DNA of 64,000 nucleotides from Calditrichia bacterium (lineage in GTDB: Bacteria > Calditrichota > Calditrichia > RBG-13-44-9 > J075). How positions within the stretch are numbered: the first letter of the stretch is position 1; every line of letters begins with the position of its first letter. The notes beneath the pieces were generated by a model. That model saw only the letters and a program-made list of their open reading frames with translations. It did no database searches and had not been told where the DNA came from. The translations under genes and the position numbers were made by a program. Location of the stretch: contig JBOEGD010000024.1 in NCBI GenBank assembly GCA_050633245.1, forward strand, positions 64,001 to 128,000, given 5' to 3'. Below are positions 39,189 through 49,258 of this stretch, one piece after another.

Positions 39189-39782
39189 CTACCGTCTCCA
39201 GGTTAAAATATATGCTGGCGGAAGATTTTTTAAAACCGCCTTGCTGCGATGATGACTACCAAAGCGATTGCACATTTGATTGCGAAATTTGATTGCGGAG
39301 GGGAGGGGGTAAGCGTGGACATATTGAAAGGTTCTAAATATACTTCCGGGCGTCATTAGATGATCAATACTATCAATAATTCCCGCTCTTACCTGGCTTG
39401 GAAGACTGGAAAAGGGTAGTCCTGAAATAATTGCTTTAGCCGGCGGGCAGTTGGCATCATGGCAATGCTTTTCTGCATGCTCTGCATTGCCGGTAACGAA
39501 CTGCATATCGGGGAAACGCTTATCCAGCAACTTGACAAATTTGGGTTCGCGTTCAATGCCCAAATAAATCGATTCTGCCGGAATTACATCTTTAATTAGT
39601 CGTGTTACGGAGCCGGTGCCCGGGCCGAGTTCCAAAATTGTTTCACCAGCTTTGAGATCCAGATTATGAACCATTCGACTGGCAAGAGCGCGAGAGCTTG
39701 GAGTTAATGCCCCCACTTGAGCAGGATTTTTTAAGAAAACTTTTACAAAGGAGAGCGCAGCAGCTAGATCAGCATTTAACAT
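39189..39782 (-). CDS. class I SAM methyltransferase, phospholipid N-methyltransferase-like
   Basis: VGALTPSSRALA, LELGPGTG, ISGLPF, FQY, NLPPA. Confidence 0.85.
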   Translation of the reverse strand: MLNADLAAALSFVKVFLKNPAQVGALTPSSRALASRMVHNLDLKAGETILELGPGTGSVTRLIKDVIPAESIYLGIEREPKFVKLLDKRFPDMQFVTGNAEHAEKHCHDANCPPAKAIISGLPFSSLPSQVRAGIIDSIDHLMTPGSIFRTFQYVHAYPLPSAIKFRNQMCNRFGSHHRSKAVLKNLPPAYILTWRR

Positions 39783-40040
39783 TTTAGGCCACCTGAATAT
39801 TAGAGTTGGTGCCTGGAAATACCACGCTCAGCGAAGGGTACAACTTCAGATTATTTTAGAACCCGTGATATTAGGCCAGCGACTAAAAAGATAAAACTTC
39901 CTGTGAGAAAAGCAAATAAACTTTGCGATTCTCTTATTTGTCGCCCTAAGGACTAATTTGCGAATGGCACTATTTTAAGCAGCCAATAACCCACACCGGA
40001 TTAACAAAGGAGTATGTGAATTATTGGCTGCTATATTGTT

Positions 40041-40400
40041 TTACAGAATCTCCAAATCGAAAATCTGATTATAGATATCCTGTTGAAACCCTACAACGAG
40101 CGTACTGCCGATACGTAACGTTGGTGCTCTCAGGTTTCCGGTTGGTCCCAGCAAAAGAGAAAGGATCGTCTCCTGATTTGCCTCCTCTTTGCTCAAGTTC
40201 AGATAATTGACTTTCTTTCCCTTCACGGAATAAATTTCTTTTACCTGACTAACAAGCTCTAAAATGTCGTTGCGACTCATTTTGTTTTTCCCTGAATTTT
40301 GGAGCAAGTCGACTTCAATACTTTTCTGCGCAAGAAACTCCTGCGTTTTTTTACAGGTATTTCAGCCGCTGCGATGATAATACCAGTGAACTTTTTTCAT
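40041..40400 (-). CDS. ArsC-family (thioredoxin-fold) selenoprotein, 119 aa, Sec at codon 13
   Basis: GGAGG RBS then ATG 40400: MKKVHWYYHRSG(UGA)NTCKKTQEFL..., continuing in frame into the 88-aa ORF with LLGPTGNLRAPTL. Confidence 0.88.
40329..40345 (-). promoter_or_regulatory. candidate bacterial SECIS hairpin
   Basis: mRNA CGCAGGA-GUU-UCUUGCG at +17..+33 after the UGA; G-U at the start of the apical loop. Confidence 0.65.
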
Positions 40401-40463
40401 TTGGCCTCCAGAACCAGTTTGTCAAAACGAAATTGTGAGCGTTTTGAGCGTTATTCTTTTTTA

Positions 40464-40492
40464 ATAATAAAATAGCTATTGGCAAATGTCAA
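40464..40492 (-). promoter_or_regulatory. sigma70-type promoter for the selenoprotein gene
   Basis: TTGACA-17 nt-TATTAT on the minus strand. Confidence 0.6.
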
Positions 40493-40518
40493 CTGTTTTT
40501 CTGGAATTACGTAAGAAT

Positions 40519-41484
40519 TCAGCGTATCAGTATTAACTTGCGGTTAAATTGTGCCTTGTCTGTCTGAAGCCGATAGAAATAGATGCCACTTGCCAGATTG
40601 ACTCCAATAGCATTTTTTCCGTCCCAACGAAAGCAATAGCTACCCGGTTCAAGCTCTTTGTCCACAAGAGTCTTTACGGGTTTTCCTACGATATTGAAGA
40701 TTTCTAATCTTACATTCGATTTACTCGCCAGCTTTAGTGGAATTGAGGTGTGGGGATTGAATGGATTGGGATGGTTCTGCCCGAGAATTGATCTGCCGTC
40801 TTGTGCAACATGATTGCCAGATGCATCATTGGGTAGAACAGATAAAGAGAAGGTGTCTGAGCTTTGAACCTGGAATTCACCGTCTGTAACTGAAGCATAC
40901 CAGAGATACCTCCCGGGACGCGATGCAAACTCCGATGGAAAAAGCTCTATCCAGGTTCTTCCGATATCTTCAAACGTTAGCAGAGATTTTCCATTGTCTA
41001 TATGTAGAGAATAGAACAGCTCTTGTTGGTCTACATCTTTTGCTTCATCCCAGGAAAAGCGCAGCGGCACATCGGTACTTGTTACACTGTCTTCATCGGC
41101 AGGAGTAAGTAGAACAAATGGATGTGGCGAGTCGTTAATGGGGGCAATCTTTACCCAGATCGATAAACTGTCTACTATAGTAGAGCCAAGGTGGGCCGAG
41201 ACATTGATAAACGTGTCCCCATTAGAATCAGGGACAGAATGGAAAAAAAGTTTGCGGGAATCTACCTGGGCGGTGAGCTTCGATGTTGATGTCGCCCGAA
41301 GTTGATATTTGCCCTCAGGATCGTAAAATACGGTATCTAAAGAGGCAATAAGATGCGAGCCAAAGTCTTCCTTCAGCAGTAGAAATGGCTTCTGGTGTTC
41401 AATTGTCTTGTGCTGTGCCAACAAGACATTGCATGAAACAGAGATTAAGAGCAGCAGTACAAAATAGTGGATGTTCCGATCCAT
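40519..41484 (-). CDS. secreted protein with C-terminal FlgD-Ig/T9SS-like sorting domain
   Basis: Signal peptide; QNHPNPFNP...WDGKN...SGIYFYRL. Confidence 0.82.
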   Translation of the reverse strand: MDRNIHYFVLLLLISVSCNVLLAQHKTIEHQKPFLLLKEDFGSHLIASLDTVFYDPEGKYQLRATSTSKLTAQVDSRKLFFHSVPDSNGDTFINVSAHLGSTIVDSLSIWVKIAPINDSPHPFVLLTPADEDSVTSTDVPLRFSWDEAKDVDQQELFYSLHIDNGKSLLTFEDIGRTWIELFPSEFASRPGRYLWYASVTDGEFQVQSSDTFSLSVLPNDASGNHVAQDGRSILGQNHPNPFNPHTSIPLKLASKSNVRLEIFNIVGKPVKTLVDKELEPGSYCFRWDGKNAIGVNLASGIYFYRLQTDKAQFNRKLILIR

Positions 41485-41578
41485 AGGTCATCCTTTCCGA
41501 CGGGGAGGGAGACGCCTGCACTATTTACTTATGTAAATTCCGCTCTTTTTTGAATTCTTTCTAAAATTGTTGTCCAGA

Positions 41579-42568
41579 TTATCTGGTAACGACTACTGGT
41601 TCGACTGTGCGATAAACAAGACCATTTTTGCCGGCAGCTAACAAGTGGTTGTCGCTTGCAAACTCTAGTGCATTAACTGTCTGTACGGCAAGGCTGTCGC
41701 TTGCGTTTTCCCAGGTGTCGCCATCTTTTGAACGCCAGACGCCTCGTTCATCTGAGGCTACAAAGAGTGTGCTGTCTGGAAGGACAATAATATCATAGAT
41801 AATCGCCGCAAGCAGTTGTGGATTAAACTGATTCCAGTTATCGCCCTGGTCTGCCGATTTATAGAGTCCACCGCCCAGAGTGCCCGCATATATATTGCCT
41901 ACACTATCAACAGCCATTGTAAGAACAACCTGGTTTTGCAATCCAGTTTGCTGCCAGGTTTCGCCAATATTTGCAGATTTGAAGACGCCGTCACGATTCG
42001 TTCCTGCAAAAAGCAGCCCATTGGAACTCTCACAAAAAGATAGTGCACTGACGTCTCCAATCCCCGAGTCTGCTTTTACCCAATTGCGACCCGTTTCATC
42101 GGAACGATACAGGGCAGAAATACTACCAACGAATACCTGTCCGGAAGAGTGTTCAAATATTTCCCAAACGCTACCGGTCGTAAGCGTTTGTCTTCCCCAG
42201 CTTGCATTGATATTAACAGTTCGATAAAGACCGGTTGCCGTTCCGGCGTAAATACGTCCGAATTGATCCTCTGCCATAGAGATTACCGAGATATCTTGAA
42301 GTCCGGCATTAAACGGCTGCCAGACAGCACCACTATCGAAAGATAAAAATAGGCCATTATCGCTACCAGCAAGAACTGCGGAGTTCAAACTTAATAGGGA
42401 GCGTGCCTGCGATACACCCGGCCCGCTTGTAACCTGCCATGAAACGTCGGCAGCTGCAGGTGTCGGTTCACCGCTATCTCCACCCGTGCTCATATCCCGG
42501 CCACAAGATAACAGGAAGACAAAAATGAGTAATACAAACAGAGAGAGAGAGTAACAATTGTGATGCAT
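41579..42568 (-). CDS. BNR/Asp-box beta-propeller lipoprotein
   Basis: Lipobox LLSC; repeated S-x-D-x-G-x-x-W motifs. Confidence 0.82.
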   Translation of the reverse strand: MHHNCYSLSLFVLLIFVFLLSCGRDMSTGGDSGEPTPAAADVSWQVTSGPGVSQARSLLSLNSAVLAGSDNGLFLSFDSGAVWQPFNAGLQDISVISMAEDQFGRIYAGTATGLYRTVNINASWGRQTLTTGSVWEIFEHSSGQVFVGSISALYRSDETGRNWVKADSGIGDVSALSFCESSNGLLFAGTNRDGVFKSANIGETWQQTGLQNQVVLTMAVDSVGNIYAGTLGGGLYKSADQGDNWNQFNPQLLAAIIYDIIVLPDSTLFVASDERGVWRSKDGDTWENASDSLAVQTVNALEFASDNHLLAAGKNGLVYRTVEPVVVTR

Positions 42569-42953
42569 ATAATTCTCCGATAGGCAAAGTAAATGTGGGT
42601 TTTCTTCTAAACGAATTGCAGGCAGTAAGGTTCCTGCTTGTGATTCTAAACCCAGCATCATTTTTGTCGACGATTGTGGGATGTGCCATGCAGCCCTAAT
42701 TTATGCATTTACTGGACTGATATCACTGTAGTTGTGGTGAAAAAATATTTATGCCGTTTTGTAGTTTCTGTTAATTAAGTGTTTCCGTTTTTAGTGTTTT
42801 TAATTAATAATTAAATTTAATTTGCATTTTGAGTTAATTAATTTAAATTTACACTTGATTTCTGCACCTGCTGTTGAAAAACCGGGTGCTTTCAATAAGA
42901 TTTCTACGTTTTCAGATAGAATTATTAACCATACATACCAGGAGGTTATAGCA

Positions 42954-44372
42954 ATGGCAAAGTCAATTGCCGATGTTTTAAAGCTTGCGAAGGAAAAGAA
43001 TGCCAAGATTATTGATGTTAAATTCATGGACTTTATTGGAACCTGGCAGCATTTCTCCGCGCCGGTTTCTCAATTGGATGAAGGCACGTTTGAAGAAGGT
43101 TTCGGTTTCGATGGATCCAGTATTCGTGGTTGGAAGGCAATAAACGAAAGCGATATGGTCGTTATTCCGGATCCTGCAACTGCTGCTATCGATCCATTCA
43201 TGACACCAACAACGCTTAGCCTTATTGGAAATATCTACGATCCGTTAACCAAGGAATCGTATTCCCGTTGCCCACGTTCGATTGCACAAAAAGCTGAGGC
43301 ATATCTCAACTCGACCGGTCTTGCAGACACTGCTTTCTTCGGCCCGGAAGCTGAGTTCTTTATTTTTGATGATGTTCGTTACGATCAAACCAGTAATTCT
43401 GGATTTTATAAGGTAGACTCTGTTGAGGGTGCCTGGAATACCGGACGCGATGAAGGCCCAAACCTGGGATACAAGCCGCGTCACAAGGAAGGTTATTTCC
43501 CGCTACCGCCGGTCGACCGTTCTCATGACCTGCGTTCCGAGATGGTCATGGTTATGGATGCTATGGGACTTGAAGTTGAAGCACACCACCATGAAGTTGC
43601 TACTGGTGGACAAGCTGAAATCGATCTTAAGTACGGTCCGCTATTGAATACTGCTGATCGCATGATGTGGTATAAGTATATTGTGAAGAACGTAGCATTT
43701 AGGAATGGAAAATCGGTAACGTTTATGCCGAAGCCACTATATGGCGACAACGGCTCAGGAATGCATTGCCATATGAGTCTGTGGAGAGATGGAAATCCAC
43801 TTTTTGCCGGTTCCAAATACGCTGGCCTTTCCGAGATGGCGCTGTATTTCATCGGTGGAATCCTGCGGCATGCCAAAGCATTAATAGCCCTCACCAATCC
43901 GACTACAAATTCGTTTAAACGTTTGGTGCCGGGATATGAGGCTCCGGTAAACCTGGCGTATTCACAGAGTAATCGAAGTGCGGCTTGCCGTATTCCGGTT
44001 TATAGCAGCAGCCCAAAGGCCAAGCGCATTGAATTCCGCTGCCCCGACCCGACCTGTAATCCTTACCTCGCATTCAGTGCAATGTTAATGGCCGGGCTTG
44101 ATGGCATTCAGAACAAGATCCATCCAGGCGAGCCGCTGGACAAGGATATTTACGATCTCTCACCAGAGGAGTTGGCCGAAGTGCCGTCAACACCAGCTTC
44201 TTTGGCCGATGCGATGGACGCACTTGAGAAAAACCACGACTTCTTGTTAAAAGGTGATGTGTTTACCAAGGATGTTATTGAAACGTGGATTGAATATAAG
44301 CGTGAGAACGAAGTTGATGCGCTGCGTTTACGTCCTCATCCGTATGAGTTCATGCTGTATTATGATATTTAA
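42954..44372 (+). CDS. glnA: glutamine synthetase type I (beta, adenylylatable)
   Basis: [39 protein letters not shown] (adenylylation Tyr); AGGAGG RBS. Confidence 0.98.
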   Translation: MAKSIADVLKLAKEKNAKIIDVKFMDFIGTWQHFSAPVSQLDEGTFEEGFGFDGSSIRGWKAINESDMVVIPDPATAAIDPFMTPTTLSLIGNIYDPLTKESYSRCPRSIAQKAEAYLNSTGLADTAFFGPEAEFFIFDDVRYDQTSNSGFYKVDSVEGAWNTGRDEGPNLGYKPRHKEGYFPLPPVDRSHDLRSEMVMVMDAMGLEVEAHHHEVATGGQAEIDLKYGPLLNTADRMMWYKYIVKNVAFRNGKSVTFMPKPLYGDNGSGMHCHMSLWRDGNPLFAGSKYAGLSEMALYFIGGILRHAKALIALTNPTTNSFKRLVPGYEAPVNLAYSQSNRSAACRIPVYSSSPKAKRIEFRCPDPTCNPYLAFSAMLMAGLDGIQNKIHPGEPLDKDIYDLSPEELAEVPSTPASLADAMDALEKNHDFLLKGDVFTKDVIETWIEYKRENEVDALRLRPHPYEFMLYYDI

Positions 44373-44397
44373 TGGAAGCGTAGCTTTGTATTAAAGC

Positions 44398-44432
44398 GAA
44401 ACGCCCGGAACCATCCAGGTCCCGGGCGTTTC
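44398..44432. terminator. hairpin between convergent glnA and the xer-like gene
   Basis: AAACGCCCGG...CCGGGCGTTT inverted repeat. Confidence 0.7.
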
Positions 44433-44453
44433 TGGTTCTGGGGAAGAACACTT

Positions 44454-45353
44454 TTATGCTGCTCGCGAATTCGCAAGATACGCGATATTCATTCGTGACT
44501 TTGGTGTAAACGCGAGTGAAAGCTGCTGCTGCCGCGTTTTTTGTTTTTCCTGCTGTCTGCTTTCAGCCGTTGCTTTTAATACGTCCAACAGACGGCCACG
44601 CGGTACGCTAATATCCAGCTGCTTGAAAAAGCGCGTTAGAACTCGAAGTGCTGATGGCACAGGCCAGGTTCCGGCTGCGTGGCGTCCACTTCCCTTTACG
44701 AAGAGGCGACGCGTCTGATGACGACGATTTTCCAGATAAAAGTTTATGTAGTGAATCAGATTTGCTGACAAGGTGATTTTGCGAATGCCGTCGGGACACA
44801 AAATAAATTGTCCTTCTTTCTCACGAAAGCTTCCTGAGCGACCGGCTCGAGCAATATTGCCATTGCGGCCCACTTCGAGTTGCAGTGCTTCTTCAAGTGA
44901 TAAACCGGTTTCGCAAAGCAAAAAGATGAGCGCCGTTTCGCGTCGTTGATTACACGTGCCGGTATTGTGAATCAGTAAAGAACGCAGCTGCTCAAATTCT
45001 TCTGCCGTTAGTCCGCCAAGCCGCTCGGGAACAGTTTCTTCCACCTGGATAATAGAGTGGACACCATCCGGCAGGGCACGACACTCTTTTTCCAGATAGC
45101 GTAAAAAAGAGCGTAGTGCCATCAGCTTCGGACTTCGAGACACATCACGTGCCCGAATCCCGCTGCTGGTTTCTTCCCAGCGCTGCTGCTGCCAGATTCG
45201 TGAAACCTCTTCCCTCGTTAACTCCGCAGGAGACGCCAGACAACGACGATGAAGCAACTCTGGTAATGCAGTGACATAGCGATTTACCAACTCCGGATGA
45301 AATCGCAATTCACTCTCAAGATGGCTCTGATATGCTGCTAGAAAATCCGTCAT
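44454..45353 (-). CDS. tyrosine recombinase (XerC/D)-fold protein lacking catalytic residues
   Basis: KLMALRSFLRYLEKE (SAM-like domain), RRETALIFLLCETGLSLEEALQL (box I with R>S); no HxxR or catalytic Tyr box. Confidence 0.72.
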   Translation of the reverse strand: MTDFLAAYQSHLESELRFHPELVNRYVTALPELLHRRCLASPAELTREEVSRIWQQQRWEETSSGIRARDVSRSPKLMALRSFLRYLEKECRALPDGVHSIIQVEETVPERLGGLTAEEFEQLRSLLIHNTGTCNQRRETALIFLLCETGLSLEEALQLEVGRNGNIARAGRSGSFREKEGQFILCPDGIRKITLSANLIHYINFYLENRRHQTRRLFVKGSGRHAAGTWPVPSALRVLTRFFKQLDISVPRGRLLDVLKATAESRQQEKQKTRQQQLSLAFTPKSRMNIAYLANSRAA

Positions 45354-45403
45354 TGTCTACCTCCGGGCGTTTTAAATTGAATAGTGAACAAAAGAACACT
45401 ATC

Positions 45404-45432
45404 ATAATAATCTTTGAATGTTTTATTGTCAA
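45404..45432 (-). promoter_or_regulatory. sigma70-type promoter for the xer-like gene
   Basis: TTGACA-17 nt-TATTAT on the minus strand; GGAGG RBS before ATG 45353. Confidence 0.6.
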
Positions 45433-45507
45433 GCAATTAATTCGTATAGCTGAATTTGTCGCGTATATTGCATAAAAAGTTGACCTCAGTAACCGATAAT
45501 CTGAACT

Positions 45508-48500
45508 ATGACAAAAAATCGATTTACCCGCCTGACAGCTGAGCTTTGCGCCAAAACGCCCGACAATCAACGCATTGCCAAGTACCTGCAAACAATGGGA
45601 TTTGAAGACTGGCGGGCAGCCTCGGCTTCTCTAAACAGGCTTATGGCGCTGGAAACGGGACGCAGTCGGTTAAAAAAGCTGTTGCCCACGATATTGGGGC
45701 TGCTGGAAGTTTCTGCCAGTCCGGATCGATCGTTGATTAACGTGGAACATCTGCTGGGCTCTTCAAAGGAACGAAGTGCACTCTTAGAGCTGCTTCAAAA
45801 CTCTCCCCGTACGCTGGACATGCTATTTACCATTTTTGCCGGCAGCCAATTCCTAACCGATATCGTTTTTCGCAATCCCGACTATGTAAAACAACTGGCC
45901 GATGCCCGGGCACTTTCCCGCCCGAAAAGCCGCGATCAGTTCTTCCGCGAAGCCATGGCGCTTCAACAGGAAGCAACTGGCTTCCACGGCCGGCTGGATG
46001 CCCTCAGGCGATATCAACGGCAACAGCTCTGGCGGATTGGAGCCAGCGACCTTTGCAATCTATCTGCACTGCAAACCGTGACGTCCCAGCTTTCTTTCCT
46101 GGCCATGGGGCTTATTCGTGCCTGTCTGAACATTGCCTCGAATGAGGTTCAGATTCAGCCCGATGGGTTCTGTGTTCTGGCATTGGGAAAGCTTGGCGGT
46201 CGTGAACTGAACTACAGCTCCGATATTGATCTGATTTTTATTAGCACTGGTGAAAAGGAGTTTCAACGCCTTGGGCAAAAGCTTATCGAAGCGCTGAATA
46301 AATTTACCGGTGAGGGGTTTCTCTATAGAACAGATATGCGACTCCGTCCATGGGGGACAACCGGAGCGTTGGTGCCAAGTGTCGATGACAATCTGCAATA
46401 TCTGCGTGATAATGCCCGCCTTTGGGAAAAACAGGCGATGTTAAAAGCGCGAATAGTCGCAGGAGACCGCAAGCCGGGTGAGCTTTTTTATCGCGGCGTT
46501 CGTGAACTGATCTTCGATTTACCTGCAAAAGAGGTGCGTGCTTCGGTGATAGAAATGAAGGAGAAAATTGAAAAGAAGCTCAATAAAAAAGAATGGGGAG
46601 AAGTAAAAAACGGCAAAGGCTCTATTCGCGATATCGAATTCTCGGTGCAATTTTTACAGCTGCTAAATGGAGGCAACTCGGCAGACATTCGCAGTCGCAA
46701 TACGCTTGATGCGCTCGGTAGACTGGCAGCCAACAGTTATTTGTCGATGAGAGACTATCGAACTCTTTCTGAAGGCTATGTCTTTCTGCGAACGATTGAG
46801 CATCACCTGCAAATCATGCACTATCTGCAAACTCATCAACTTCCTTCCCAAAATCGCGAAATCGCATTTCTGGCGCGTCGATTAGGGTTTGAAGGCAGTG
46901 AAAGCGGGGCGCAATTTCTGGAGCGATACCGGCAACATCGCCAGGCTATACGAGAAACGTATGAGCGGCTCGTCCGGAAGGAAGGCGACACTGAGTATAT
47001 TGTCGAAGAAGATGAGGTTTTACTTACGATTGCCGACTTAAAAACGGATGATTTGCAGAATTCACTGATGTTGGAGCTCTCTGATTCCCAACCGGTAAAA
47101 GTAGACGCGCGGCTTCTTAAGGAGGGAATTTGGCAAGTGACAATTGTGGGGTACGATTACCCCGGTGAACTCTCACTGATTTGTGGTTTGCTCTCCGGCT
47201 TTGGCCTGAATATTCTGGAAGGGCGCATTCAAACTTTCGAAGATAAACAGCCGCGTCAGCCGGCACTGCGATCAATTCGCCGTCGGCGTCCAAACAGAGT
47301 CTCCGCTGCCGGCAGGAAAAAGATAGCTGACGTTTTTCTGGTAAGGCAAATGAATAGTGATGTCTCGCCCGATTGGTTGTCCTACCAAAATGAGCTATTG
47401 GAACTGGTGCAGCTGTTGCGCGAGCGTGAAACAAACAAAACGCATGGTAAGCTGGCCAGTCGTCTTGCCGCCACGCTGGAACATTCCGAGCTGCCGGATG
47501 TTCAGCAGCTACCGGTTTTTATCGGGATTGACAATGCCGCGTCTGAAAGCTTTACCGTATTACGAATAGATGCAGAAGATTCATTTGGCTTTCTCTATGA
47601 ATTGACCAACGCGCTGGCGCTGCATGGATTGAATATTTCCCGTATGCAGATTACCTCTCTCGGTAGCAGGGTTCATGACACGCTATACGTAACGGATTTG
47701 CAAAAACAAAAGCTGCTCGACCCGGTAAAGCAGCTGCAGGTGCGTGCAGTTGTGGCGCTGGTAAAGCACTTTACTCAAATGTTACCGCTTACGCCCAACC
47801 CGGAAGCTGCAATGTTGCATTTCAGAGAATTTCTTACACATTTTTTTGCGCTGCCGAATTGGCTTGCCGAATTGTCTTCTCTGGAGCGACCTGAGGTATT
47901 TGATGCGCTGATAAAATTGCTTGGCATCAGCGATTTTCTCTGGAGCGATTTTTTACGCACCCAACATGATAATCTTTTTCCGGTTGTAAGAGATATTCAG
48001 GGATTGCACCATGCCAAGTCTGCATTGGAATTGCAGGTTGAACTGGATGTATTACTGGCGGATGCAGGCACATATGCTGAAAAGCGCAGCGTGCTAAACG
48101 CCTTTAAGGATCGCGAGATGTTTCGCATTGATATGCGCTATATTCAAGGGTTTATACCTGAGTTTTGGCAGTTCTCAGAAGAATTAACGGATCTCTCCGG
48201 TGTTGTGTTATGTCGTGGATTAGACATGTGCAATGTCCATTTAACAGCGCTGCATGGAGAACCGCTAAAGGCAGACGGCGCACCTGCACGTGCCTGCGTT
48301 GTTGCGCTTGGAAAATTCGGCGGTCGGGAGTTGGGATTTGCATCGGATATCGAGTTGATGGTCGTGTATGAAGGGGATGGAGAAACCAGGGGGAACAAGG
48401 TGATTACGACGCCAGAGTATTATGACCGTTTGGTGTTGGAAATAAAGCAAACAATTAAGGCGAAACGCGAGGGGATCTTTGAAATTGATCTGCGGCTACG

Positions 48501-49143
48501 TCCTTATGGCAAAGCCGGGCGAATGGCAGTAGAGCTGCAGGAATTCAGCTCATACTTTGCTTCCGATGGTCCGGCATGGAATTATGAGCGCCAGGCTTTG
48601 GTGAAATTGCGACCGATTTGGCAGGATCAACCGGAAACGCTTTTTGATATAGCAGTTCTGGAAGCCAGGGATGAGTGCCTGTTCGTCTCTGGTGCATTCG
48701 ATATTGCAGCCATGCATGCAATTCGTGAAAAACATGTTCGCCAATTGGTCGCAGGCGGAACGTTGAACGCCAAATATAGCCCCGGCGGGCTGGTTGATGT
48801 CGAATATTTGGTGCAGGGATTGCAGATTCTGCATGGTGTTAACGAACCGGAACTACGCCATCCAAACACCGGCAAGGCAATGAAACGCCTGGCTAAATAC
48901 GGTTGTTTTACTGACGAGCAGTATGCCGGTCTCAAGGCTGCTCACACCTTCTTGAGAACATTGATAGATGCGCTTCGAATGGTGCGTGGTAACGCACGCG
49001 ACCTTACTGTTCCGTCGGTCAATACCAAGGCATATACTTTTTTAGCGCGCCGATTGAACATGGAGGAAACAGTCTTGCAGGACGATATACAGCGGCATAC
49101 TACCTGGTTAAGAGATGTGGTAAAAACGCTACTCATATCATAA
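45508..49143 (+). CDS. glnE: glutamine synthetase adenylyltransferase with central ACT-like domains
   Basis: LGKLGGRELNYSSDIDL and LGKFGGRELGFASDIEL nucleotidyltransferase motifs, D(M/L)RLRP twice; central DYPGELSLICG and DSFGFLYELTNAL..HDTLYV. Confidence 0.92.
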   Translation: MTKNRFTRLTAELCAKTPDNQRIAKYLQTMGFEDWRAASASLNRLMALETGRSRLKKLLPTILGLLEVSASPDRSLINVEHLLGSSKERSALLELLQNSPRTLDMLFTIFAGSQFLTDIVFRNPDYVKQLADARALSRPKSRDQFFREAMALQQEATGFHGRLDALRRYQRQQLWRIGASDLCNLSALQTVTSQLSFLAMGLIRACLNIASNEVQIQPDGFCVLALGKLGGRELNYSSDIDLIFISTGEKEFQRLGQKLIEALNKFTGEGFLYRTDMRLRPWGTTGALVPSVDDNLQYLRDNARLWEKQAMLKARIVAGDRKPGELFYRGVRELIFDLPAKEVRASVIEMKEKIEKKLNKKEWGEVKNGKGSIRDIEFSVQFLQLLNGGNSADIRSRNTLDALGRLAANSYLSMRDYRTLSEGYVFLRTIEHHLQIMHYLQTHQLPSQNREIAFLARRLGFEGSESGAQFLERYRQHRQAIRETYERLVRKEGDTEYIVEEDEVLLTIADLKTDDLQNSLMLELSDSQPVKVDARLLKEGIWQVTIVGYDYPGELSLICGLLSGFGLNILEGRIQTFEDKQPRQPALRSIRRRRPNRVSAAGRKKIADVFLVRQMNSDVSPDWLSYQNELLELVQLLRERETNKTHGKLASRLAATLEHSELPDVQQLPVFIGIDNAASESFTVLRIDAEDSFGFLYELTNALALHGLNISRMQITSLGSRVHDTLYVTDLQKQKLLDPVKQLQVRAVVALVKHFTQMLPLTPNPEAAMLHFREFLTHFFALPNWLAELSSLERPEVFDALIKLLGISDFLWSDFLRTQHDNLFPVVRDIQGLHHAKSALELQVELDVLLADAGTYAEKRSVLNAFKDREMFRIDMRYIQGFIPEFWQFSEELTDLSGVVLCRGLDMCNVHLTALHGEPLKADGAPARACVVALGKFGGRELGFASDIELMVVYEGDGETRGNKVITTPEYYDRLVLEIKQTIKAKREGIFEIDLRLRPYGKAGRMAVELQEFSSYFASDGPAWNYERQALVKLRPIWQDQPETLFDIAVLEARDECLFVSGAFDIAAMHAIREKHVRQLVAGGTLNAKYSPGGLVDVEYLVQGLQILHGVNEPELRHPNTGKAMKRLAKYGCFTDEQYAGLKAAHTFLRTLIDALRMVRGNARDLTVPSVNTKAYTFLARRLNMEETVLQDDIQRHTTWLRDVVKTLLIS

Positions 49144-49258
49144 AAAAGGTCTCCAGACCGATTCCTGTTGAAAACACTTGTTTTAATGCCTATACTAAAA
49201 TAAGAGACATATAAGTGAGGGGGAATTTGCACAAAAAAAGCGTTTCTGAGGATCATAA

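Noticed and set aside
39965-39980. Sigma54 motif TGGCAC...GC
   Set aside because: GG-GC spacing is 11 rather than 10, and there is no downstream + strand gene
40041-40400. Pseudogene with a premature stop
   Set aside because: The UGA sits exactly at the redox-Cys position, with a SECIS-like hairpin and intact promoter and RBS
44454-45353. Active integrase marking a mobile element
   Set aside because: Catalytic residues are missing, no att repeats or cargo are visible, and the flanks are the functionally linked glnA and glnE
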